A stretch of 64,000 bases of DNA from Azolla caroliniana (taxonomy: Eukaryota > Plantae > Polypodiophyta): the NCBI GenBank assembly GCA_043228905.1, contig JBHGNT010000002.1, forward strand, positions 1,116,001-1,180,000, given 5' to 3'. Each line of letters starts with the position of its first letter. The stretch's first letter is position 1. The position numbers were made by a program, and so were the translations under genes. A model generated the notes under the pieces. That model was given only the letters and a program-made list of their open reading frames with translations. It was not told where the DNA came from and ran no database searches. Of this stretch, positions 21,841-32,600 are shown piece by piece.

Positions 21841-24800
21841 TCAAGGATGAAGAGAATGCTGCGGAAATCCACATATGGCTTCTGTATGTGAGCGGCTACT
21901 GCTACTACTATCTGTTGTTTGTTGAGATCGATGCGGAACTGATAAATGACTTGCCACGGTCATCGAAGATGTGCTGTTATCGTTGACATGAAGAAAATGC
22001 ATCAGCGACATCATGACATCGACTCGATGCACATCCCTGTTAGCCTGTGCCCATAACATTCCATAGCTACCATTAGAAGAAAAACAAACAAAACCTTTGG
22101 AAAAACACTACATAAAACGAACAACAGAGTGAACACACTGAAAACATAAAAAACATTAAACTCATATTGATTAAACAGCTATACTCATAATATTATTTCG
22201 TCTGCTACAAATGTTTCTTTGATTCCATATATAGTAACTACTTTAGACACAACAAAAATACATTACATTAGAACTATGTTTACACAAAGGTGGATATATT
22301 GAAGACAAACAAAAAACAAATCTATATTCAATAGTGCTGATGCTGGTAAATCTGTACCAGTAAAAAAATTGTATTCAACACTGCATTCGAAATAATAGTC
22401 ACAATTTACAAGTTCCACACAAGAAAATAAATTCCATTAGAGTTCTATTTCAAATGGCCACACTAAAAATGAGGTTACCTAGAGTCACAATGTCAATTCT
22501 GATTAAAAGGACTGCAGACAATACCCTAAACCCAAAACATACATATATCTATGTATAGACGTTCACAGAGGACAAAATACATTCCATTACAACTATGTTT
22601 TCAAAATTGTCATAATTCTATTGAGGCTGACGGGTGAATCCTGAAGAAAAATACTACTATCAATGCCTAAACTTAAAAAACATATACTTTCGGCAGATTT
22701 AATAGCATGATTATATCCTTTGTAGTCAATACCTCTACAATAAACCGTGCCCAAGTTTTCTCAGAACGAGATTCCATGACACCTTTGAGGATTGAAAGCC
22801 CTAAACTTCGTATTACATCGGCAATCTCTAGAAAATGGCTCTTTTCTTCACAGAACATCTGTAGCACAAGCATCTTTGAAATCGTCAGAATCACAAGCCT
22901 AGAAATTTTGTTCCTTGACAGAGTTTGATAGCCTCGATTACCTCCACAAGTAGTGTACGAGGCTGGTCGAGGTTCTTGACAAGGATTGGATGCCCTGTTT
23001 CTCCACCCTGCAATTCAAATGCCCAGCTTGCACCACTCTCCACATCATCCTGTCATAGCACATCGTCCTCATACAAACAATTTAATGGCAACAAATATAC
23101 ATATATAGACAATGTTATTTTTGGCTATTGCGTGACATAAAAGGTTAAGCAAACTTACATGAAGCTCTCCATTTTTCTTTAGATTGTCAGCATGCCGGGT
23201 CACATTCTGCAGAAAAAGCATGTGCTTTATGGTTTTCTCGAGTAATGCATCTATGCTGCACTGTTAAAGAATGAGAAGTTGCCGCATCTTTCAGTCTGTC
23301 ACTACGAAAACAAAAGCCAAAATTCAAATATCATAAAAAGTACTGGAGAAATACCTTTGATCCATTGGGAACGATTTCCCTCAGTTCTCGCACACGGTCC
23401 TGAATCTGTTGCCTATCTTTCGGCCTTGGTCTTGTACTCTCCCCGGGTCTCGCCCTTTTTCTACTGGCTTTGCTTAAATTTTCAGGTTTCTTTGATTGCG
23501 AAGCTTGTGTACTATCAGACTTCATACTTTGCATGTCTTCTGTCCAAGAACTAAGGATTGATTTCAGTGGTGAGTGACAAGCAGATGAATTAAAACTAAT
23601 GATGGTATCTTGGCCCATTTTCTTCAAAGTGTGTGCATCGACACCAGATATAGTGGGGAAAGTTTTCACAAAATCTTGAGGGAGACAATCTTGAGAAGAA
23701 GGATTGCATCCCATACGCTTGAAACTTGCTTCTTTCATAGTATTCGGGACAGACATTTCACTGTCCATCCCTGAATATGTCCTAGAAGATAGGATGTCAT
23801 CTGCTATTGTAGACGCAGAGTGATGACTACTAGATGCATTAGCTACCACAGCATCCAACAATGGCTCAGGCCTGCTTTCTAGAAAGGGCCACTCCTCATT
23901 CACGAAGCCTGAAACCCAGTTTGGCACTATGTCAGCAATATTCTGTTCTTGTAATCCATATGCTCTTCCCGGTGTCTGTTGCATGGTCCTTACCTTTTTC
24001 GAAGTGTCATCTTTTTCATGGACTTGGCTGAATGCCAGACCCAATGCCTGTGATAACTCGTCTCCAATTTCGAAGGAGCACACGTGTTTGCTAGTTTTTC
24101 TTTTTCCGATAAGATCAAGTTCATTTTCACCAGTGATTCCAGAATGAGGGATTGGATCCATATTGCTTTGATCATGACATTCTCTGACAGAATAAGTGCT
24201 ATGTGACACATCATCAAATGTTGATCCAAGTAAATATCCACCGTTGCATAAAGTCTTGGCTCCAAGAGAACTTAAAGGATCTTGATCTACCAGCAGCCTT
24301 TGTGGCATACTATAATTTGAAGCTGTAGCGGAGACATTAGAATTAAATTTCAAAGCCGGTACTACATTCGAAACCACAACTTTTGGCTGTTGTAAACTCT
24401 CCCCACTGACTGAAGCAAAACATCTTTCAGCATCCAAAATCTCATTATCAACCAAAGTGTCGACATTCAATTGATTTAGAGCAGTGCAATTCTCTGGCAG
24501 TATACTATTGTGTAAATATGTTGGCTCAACGACATATGTTTCGGATCCCAGAATTTGTTTACATGATGATATCAATGGAGATGTATGTGTAGAGCTCTTT
24601 TTCGAATGCATATTGCTCATCTCCCTGGCATGACTGGTAACCAAATTTTGACTCGATAATGAGATAGATTGACTGGTCATATCTAGTTGTGATGCAGATG
24701 AGAATGTTCCTAAATTTTGCAGATCTGATCCAATTACAAGTCTATGTGGAATAGCATGGAAAGCCTCTGTAGGTTCTCCAATTGTCAACACCTTTGAACC

Positions 24801-26834
24801 TCTAAATTCCTCTTCCATATCACCAGATTCTCCATGCAGCCCATATGTGAGTGATTGCAACTCTGTGGCCTGCGATCAAGAACACGCAACAAGGAAAAAC
24901 AAATCAATGCTAAATCAGTTCTTTCAGCAGTGTTTGGGAAGCCTGCGATCAAGTACAAGCAACAAGGAAAAACACATCAATGTTAAGTCAGTTCTTTCAG
25001 CAGTGTTTGGGAAACATTTATTTACTAATTGACCAACTTTCCTTTCCATACATGAAATAATAGGAAACAAACAGAATATGGCACAAATTTATAATAGCAA
25101 ATCTACATATTTCTGTCATACTATGTGATTTATAAATGATTTCCAGTGTTACACCCAGCATCATTCATGTAAGTCTACTAACCATTGGCTTCATTGCTTG
25201 AACTGCTCCTGGCACAATTTGAAGGGCTCCAAAAGCAGATTTAACATGGTTTACGAATTCTATATTCTCCATTATCTAACAGTGCACCAAAACAATTATC
25301 CCAAACTCACCATTTAAGAAGGAAACAAGAGGTATTCAAAAAAGAACAACGTTCTTGCATTTTGGTAAATATATATAAAAGATCTTACTCTTTGAGTGGA
25401 GCCAAGTTGCACAACTCCTTGAGGAACAGCAATGATTGCAATTGTCTAAAAAATCACAAAACCTCTTCATCATACATATGAGTAAATCTCGATTTGAATA
25501 AAATGCTTCTAAATATATATACACACACACATACCTTGATTCCAGCAGCAAACTGTGAATCCCAGCTTGATGGGTACTGTTAAAAAATAATCATCATTTT
25601 TAACAAAGTGTAAATGTTTAGTCATAGAAAGTACACATAAAACACTAGTTAAATTAATTACCTTTTCAAGATTTTGATTATTTTCAGCATTTGCTGATGC
25701 TATTGCCAATTCACCATCTGTTTTCCCATCAGCAAAGACCCACTGATGTTTACCCGAAAGAGCCACATGCCCAATAATACTACAAGATTACCAACAATAT
25801 ATGCCAGTTTATAAGGTTCATTCCTCATTCAGCTGAGACAGATGGGGTAAAAGATGAATTAAAGAAAAGAAAGAGCTCACCCTTCCCCCATAAAGTGAGC
25901 ACAACGTGTCATTTTTGTGATGGCGCGCCCAATTAGCCCTTCCAAATAACTTGCTTCAGAGACAGAACTTGCATTTTGAAGAGGGTTTCCTCTGATTCCA
26001 AAGCAACTGGTATCGCAACTATCTGGTGGTTCGCACTTGTAGAATCCATCCGCCCAGTTCAAAACCCTTCATGGAAACCATTGCCAACAGAGGCAAATAA
26101 ATAAATAAAGTAAAGCAAAATATTTTTCATTCCTGATATCGTAAACAACAAATTTTATGGGTGGATAAATTGAAAATAAGAGAGCTTGACAACAAATGTT
26201 TTGAAAGGAAGGGAAAAGACACATGATTCTTATTTATTATCGTAAATGTAGCAAAAGAAATACTTTCCAATCAATTAACGAGAAAACAATGTCAAAACAG
26301 ACAGCACAAAACTGCCTTCATAAATTGCTTTGTGTGAACGCGAACAATAATAAGAAAAATGAATTTCATTAATCATCATTAAAATGTAAAGAACAAATAT
26401 GAAGGTTAACAGGAAATAAGTGATTGGAACACGAATAGAGGTTGATGAGATTCACCATTATATAGTTAAATAACATAACTAGATTGTTAAATTTACATCA
26501 ACCACACTTACCCACATCAATAAATTCAAGTTAAATTACATACTAGCATTGATCAATTAGATAGCTGCACTTACTGAATCACGTTAACTGCATCGTTAAA
26601 CACAACATGAACCACAACATTAAATCACATTAACCTCATAGTTACACTTTAAATCAGGTGCCTGCATAGATAAAGACCTGTGCCAATTACAGTCGCGTTC
26701 ATTTGGAATCTTGAAAACAACATAGGCAAAGAGAATGATGCTTACATTTGATCCTGACACTTGAACTTCCAAAGAACAGCATAGCACCATCCCGACTTCA
26801 AACAAAAGCTTCTCAGAGCCCCCTGCAGAGTCAT
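21841..26834 (-). CDS. LHW: LONESOME HIGHWAY/EMB1444/bHLH155-like transcription factor (bHLH-MYC_N domain, atypical bHLH, ACT-like C-terminus), ~879 aa, 11 exons
   Basis: Exons: 26834-26746, 26066-25881, 25779-25662, 25576-25535, 25445-25389, 25275-25183, 24869-23355, 23260-23159, 23049-22942, 22858-22733, 22044-21841 (2640 nt, phases consistent). Motifs: LRSFCLKSGWCYAVLWK, GEGIIGHVALSGKHQW, QFAAGIKTIAIIAVPQGVVQLGST, RKRARPGESTRPRPKDRQQIQDRVRELREIVPNGSKCSIDALLEKTIKHMLFLQ, FLEIADVIRSLGLSILKG. Confidence 0.93.
24869..25014 (-). repeat. 73-bp tandem duplication of the 3' splice site of LHW intron 6
   Basis: CCTGCGATCAAG...AGTTCTTTCAGCAGTGTTTGGGAA occurs at 24869 and 24942. Confidence 0.9.
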
Positions 26835-27370
26835 AAGCCCTGAGCTCAAATCCTCGGGAACCAAAAAACTATTTACTCCAAAAAGTTCCGCTGAAAAAAG
26901 TGTATACAATATTGCCGGAAATAGCTCCTGCTTGTGTTTCAAGGAAAAATGCTCAGGATGTCTCTGGAAAAGATGCACCGAATTTTCACCAGAAAATGCA
27001 CGCAATATTATCAACCGAAAAGAAGTATGGAAGAATGGATTTTTGGCATCTACTAGTAATTCTCCAGAAAGTACAAGTGACTTATCCAGAAAGAAAATGT
27101 GGTTCCTTCAGAAAAGCTAATTATTCCATCGAGAAAGCAAACCCAGTACACCAGAAAATGTATGCCTGACTATGCTCAAAAGAGTGCCAATCCTGCCAGG
27201 AAAATGTACGTCCAGACTGTGCCAGAAACCGTGTGCTGAATTCACTGGAAAGTGTATGGACGTTGCCAGAGAACAAATAGGCCCAGCTCCACGAGAGCCG
27301 GAGTGCGTATTGGTTTTGATTGGTGAACAAAACCCACCCACCTGACAACTTTTCTCTCAATCTGAGAAGT

Positions 27371-27472
27371 CTAACTGGCCCGACACGAACCTCGTCCGGC
27401 AAGCTTCCGGCGTAAGCTTGCTCTCTTCTTCCTCGGCGGAACTGAGATGCTTAATGGAAGGTTTATCCCCAT
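27371..27472 (-). CDS. Conserved-peptide upstream ORF of the LHW-like gene, 33 aa: MGINLPLSISVPPRKKRASLRRKLAGRGSCRAS*
   Basis: ATG at 27472 and TAG at 27373-27371, with an in-frame TAA just upstream. The C-terminal PP.K.RA.LRR..AGRGS.R.S* matches, from memory, the Arabidopsis LHW/bHLH155/EMB1444 CPuORF6/7/8 consensus. A probable 5'UTR intron follows at 27341-26891 (CAG|GTGGGT...TTTTTTCAG). Confidence 0.85.
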   Translation of the reverse strand: MGINLPLSISVPPRKKRASLRRKLAGRGSCRAS

Positions 27473-27744
27473 CCCTTAGGGAGAATTCGATCGAGAAACA
27501 GACAGACACAGGGAGAGATTGATTGATTGATTGACCTATATCACACTATACCTTCAGCAGTGGCTAAGAAGAGTTGGGCTCTGATCACATCAAGCATGCT
27601 CTTAGAGCTCTCCATTGCTTCAGACTCAAAACAAAGAAGATGAATAACAATGTCAGATCTCTGTATTTGAATTCTGATGCATTAACACGCAGAATATGGG
27701 ATAGATAGAAATTGCAATGATGGTGAGGAATAAGGGAGGGTAAA

Positions 27745-28290
27745 GGATTAGGTTTTGGTGGGGGAAAGATAGAGGTTCAGGATGGGGGGTTCAGAAAAAA
27801 GGCAAAGAATTAGGGTTTAGGATAGATAAACACGACCGATTGGAGATAGGGGGAAGAGTTTGGAAGAAATGGAGAAATAGAGTGATCCTGTACCAGAGGA
27901 GAGTATGGAAACCCTAAATGTGATGTAGAAACACTAAATATGCATTGAGAAGCAAGGTCAAGCAAGAATTCTGATTTAAGAGAGATTAAAACAGACAGAG
28001 AGAGAAAGAACCTTGGCCAGTTGAGGATATGGAAACCCTAAAGCCGCAAGAATATGAAGAAAACTAAATTGGGAAGCTAAAACCCTAAAATCTGATGTAG
28101 AGAAAGAAACAAAGAAAAAGAGCACCCTAAAATCCGATTGGGGGGTGGGGGGGGAGAAGATCCCTAAAATCTGATGAGAAAGAAAACAGGGAGGGAGGGA
28201 GGCCCTAATAATTTAAGAAAAGTGCGAGAGGTTTCAGGAAACCTTAAAAAGGCGAGGGAGAAGATGTTGCTCGGAAACCCTAGAACAAAA
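27745..28290. promoter_or_regulatory. Telo-box (AAACCCTA) cluster in the LHW 5' region
   Basis: AAACCCTA or TAGGGTTT at ~27811, 27908, 28033, 28080 and 28275, plus ACCCTAA/CCCTAA variants at ~28124, 28162 and 28203. Confidence 0.55.
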
Positions 28291-28453
28291 AAAGGAAAGA
28301 GGAGAACAGACAGAATCGAGAGAAAGAAGGAAAGCAGGGGAAGAACGAAACAAAATGGATGGATGGAGACAAAAATGGAAACAAAATATAGCGCACGGAC
28401 GACAACATCAACGAACGAACAACAAAACCAGACAGAACAGAGGACCCCTGCAG

Positions 28454-28455
<2 letters not shown>

Positions 28456-28490
<35 letters not shown>

Positions 28491-28792
28491 TCTGTGCCTC
28501 TTCTCTCTCTCTCCCCCTCTTTCTCTCTCCTCCCCTGTTCCTCTCTCTCCCTCTCTCTTCCTCTTTCTCTCTCCTCCCCTGTTTCCTAATGTTCCTCTCT
28601 CTCTCTCTTCCTCTTTCTCTCTCCTCCCCTGTTTCCTAATGTTCCTCTCTCTCTCTCTTCCTCTTTCTCTCTCCTCCCCTGTTTCCTAATGTTCCTCTCT
28701 CTCTCTCTTCCTCTTTCTCTCTCCTCCCCTGTTTCCAAATGTTCCTCTCTATCTCTCTCCTCCCCTGTTTTCCTAATGTTCCTCTTCAGACA

Positions 28793-28827
<35 letters not shown>

Positions 28828-28878
28828 GCTCTTCACTAAGTGTATGTGTATGGGTAGGTAGCTTTTTAGGGCCACCAC

Positions 28879-28940
<62 letters not shown>

Positions 28941-28980
28941 TGATGAATGATGAATGATGATGATGATGGATGATGATGAT
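28456..28980. repeat. Compound simple-repeat block: (CT)n, ~50-bp CT-rich minisatellite, (ATT)n, (GAT)n
   Basis: CTCTCTTCCTCTTTCTCTCTCCTCCCCTGTTTCCTAATGTTC repeats ~5 times (28530-28785). (ATT)n spans 28794-28826 and (GAT)n spans 28878-28980. Confidence 0.95.
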
Positions 28981-29164
28981 ATGAGAGTCAAGCCCTCGGG
29001 GCCCCATGAAACCCACTTTGTGCCCGAGCCGAGAGCCCCACATATGATTGCTACTCATTGACCCATGGGCCATTACTAGCATATTAGCAAAGCTCTTTTC
29101 AAATTCGTTATGTGCTCGACCAGTGTCTAGCTTTTGCAGGCTCCACGGCAAAACACGTAACATA

Positions 29165-29670
29165 TTTATGCTTGCATGATCTCGTCTAACCTATGTTTGA
29201 TCGCCATCTAACTGGATTTTAACATGCCCATCATATTACACGTTGCTCACACCCTTGCCATTTAACGGAGCTTGTTTCAAATGGATAGGTGGTCAACCCA
29301 ATGCCTAGCTTGCACAATCCACATAAAAAATGTAACTAATCATCGTTGACCCCCGTGTTTTGCATGCTTGCTCATCTAACCTTTGTTCTGTCACCATCTA
29401 CCTAGATTTAGCAAAGTGATAATTTTGCATGCGTCTTATCGTTGCACACCCAATGGTATGGTAATTGATTGGTTAACATATGCAACGTGGTTGTGACCGC
29501 CCCTCTTTTTTGAAATATTTGTTTCGTGATTAACCGCACCACAAATTCAAGCAGACAATTACCAAACCATTTGGTGGGCAATGATCAAACACTTGCAAGA
29601 TGAGCATCCTAACAATGTTAAAGATGGGTAGATGGCGACCAAACACAGGTTATACAAACGTGCAACAAAG
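29165..29670. mobile_element. Small foldback/MITE-like remnant
   Basis: TAACCT(A/T)TGTT...C(G/A)CCATCTA occurs at ~29187 and ~29377, with an inverted copy (TAGATGGCGACCAAACACAGGTTA) at ~29629. Confidence 0.4.
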
Positions 29671-32600
29671 ATTTCAAAAAATCGGATGAGCACAGCATAG
29701 GCCCTCATCCTCTTTTCTAAAATATTCTCATAGGGTAACTTCATTTGTTTTCAATCAACCAATCGTTCTGATTTGATATCGTTATTGTTTTTTATACCAC
29801 GAGATTCAATATACGGCTTTTCATTAATATCGATGACAGAAACTTAGTCAGCAAAGTGATTATGTCGTGCGACACAATAGGTGGATACATGGGCATGTGA
29901 AAGAGGGGGGGTAATTCAAGGAAAATAATTGTAAATGAGCCTTACATCATCACATGGCAACATGGTCCTAAATTCCATATGTGATGATAAGGAACTATGA
30001 CACACTTCATGATGTTGTTGCTCCTTGAAATATACCTATGGGCATAAATAGGAGCGGGACCGAGGGATGAGAAAGGAAATGGCAATAGTGAAGCACTTTG
30101 AGTTACTGTAATCATTGCTTTATAGAGCAAGGGCTAGTTGGTGGGACACATCAAGAATTTTTTGGAGTCACATAAGTTTTCTGAAAACTATAATCATTGC
30201 TTACTTTTTTTAAACGCGTCAACAAATTTTTAGCCCCGAGATGACAAAAGTTACAAGATTACAATTTGATACATTGTATGAGATGCAACCATTGTTTGAC
30301 TCGAGTATCGAGTAGTGAGTAGTTATACAATATACATAATGCCTAGAAAAAACACATACCCATGTGCACATGCCAACACATTGTGCATATTTGGGTATCT
30401 AAAGGCAAAGCACATATATAGAATGGTGTCGATTGGGCTAACATGGATGGATGATTGCATGATCCTTCCTTGTCTATGCATGCACCTTGAGAAGAAGTGT
30501 AAGGAGAATTGTTGTTAAGTTGTATTTACACATCCACATGGATACAAACATGTGTGTCACGTGATGCATCCAAAGGGAACTTATCAATGAGGATATTTAT
30601 ACGCTCTTGTCGTCTACTAACGAATGTCCATGCTTTAAATCAATCCTTCATTACATATAAATAACCTTATTGGGCACATCCTTGGTTGACACTTGAAGTT
30701 GTTGGGGAGTTTTGCCAATAGAACACTCAAAAGTCAATCCCTCCTATTGGTTGGTGGTTTCCTAATCCTCGTGTGGAAATGACCAAACTGTTCGCTAGAC
30801 TCAAGGTTTAGGTTTGGTGTTTACATACCAATGGCTCGTTTTGGGAAGGTAATGTTCCACTTTGCTAGCATGATGGTGTACTATTCTCTAGACAACAAAA
30901 TATGCAAATAATGCTAGAATGTACATTCATAGTGCGGCGTTTAGCTTATAGATGGTGAGATGTGTATTTTATATATGGAAATGACCAATAATCATTATAA
31001 TCATGCACAATCATTTGTCAACAAACGAAGATTTATTAATCATCGTGTGCAATAATCACTTGCATGAGTCATGAAACCATGGTTATGTTTATGCGAGAAT
31101 GGATGAAAAAAATATCAAGAGAGAAATCGTAACCATGAATTAAGGTATATAACATTATGAGTGTTTATGCTTTTTAGAGGTGATATTTTCCTTAACGATG
31201 ATAGGTTTCCTATGCTTGTGATGTCCACGCAAAGATTGAAAAGAAACTCGTCTAAGGTGCGTTCTCAAGCATTAAATGTGCCCAAGAACAACCTTGTGTA
31301 CAAATGAAAAGAAAGTAGGAGGGAATATTGTCCCTTTCTTGTTAACAAAACGGTAAAAAAAAACTTACCATTATCATTATTGTGATTCGTGTTTGTATTT
31401 TCGTTTGGGTTACGACATTTTGGGTCAATGTTCCTACCACACGAAGGAATTTCGATGAGTATAAAAAAGAAAAGATTCACCACACGCGTCGACAAAAAAA
31501 AATGGTACTCGATAATAAACATCTATTGCCAGTTTGTCAGCTTCTATTAGATCGGAAAACATAAGCAAAGATTTATTCGTTATTCAATTCTTTTGCGCGC
31601 CTTATGGCTTCTTTCATTTACAACTTGTTCTCTTTTCTCGTTTGCAACTTTTCTATTGCCAATTCCTTCTCCTCTTCTTCCATATCATCATTTATCGAAA
31701 TTTCTCGTGATTTCTTCTCGTATACAAAACATCCTTCATAATAGGAGTGTGATATTTTAATTCATTAATCCTTCATCACAACGGATCTAAAATGTCAACG
31801 TTTCAAACTTTACATCTTATTTGAACTACATCGTGATGTGCTACACAAACCTTCTTTATTTTGGACTTCTCTAAGCAACAATAACATAGGCTACACCTTG
31901 CTTACCACAATTGTCTTTATTACCACAATCTACATATTATCAAGCGTAATCAACATTGTAATGACCAATGTTAATATAGTAACAAATTTTTGTAAGTTAA
32001 AATAAAGAGCAAAACATTACACTCTAATCTCATGGTTTGGCCCTTTTTTGGAATGTATACATATACTTTTTTATAAAGAGTATGCCATGATATTTAGGCA
32101 AACTACTAAGGGGTATAATTGGTATTACCCATTTATTATTGATATCACATGAAACTCAGATTATGTCATACAAAGTAGTTGAAGCTCTATGAATATGCAC
32201 ACACGTGAATTAAATTTTCAAGTAGAGTTGAACCATAGGATGGAAAGCTCCTATTCTCTACACCTGTATATGATCATATATGCATAAAACAACTATTGTA
32301 TTGCTTATCTATGCATGAAATGTGCCAAAAATCACCTAAAAGGCACACCTTAACAACTATATAGCAATATTACAAATTTATATAGGAAATAACTTGAAGT
32401 GGTGGATTGAAAGTGTCTAATCAAAGTGGAAGAGTTATTTTATGAGCATTCAAAGGGGAAACCCCTCCCCTTTCTCAATAACAACAATAGCAAAAGCAAT
32501 CTTTCTCTATAGATGGAACATCCACGGAGGACTGATTGCAAACAATGAGACGAGGCCTAACCTATGGCGAGAACCGAATCTCGGTTCCCTCAAATTTATT

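Noticed and set aside
28174-29163. Poly-His, poly-Asp, poly-Ile and SL-repeat ORFs
   Set aside because: Microsatellite translations.
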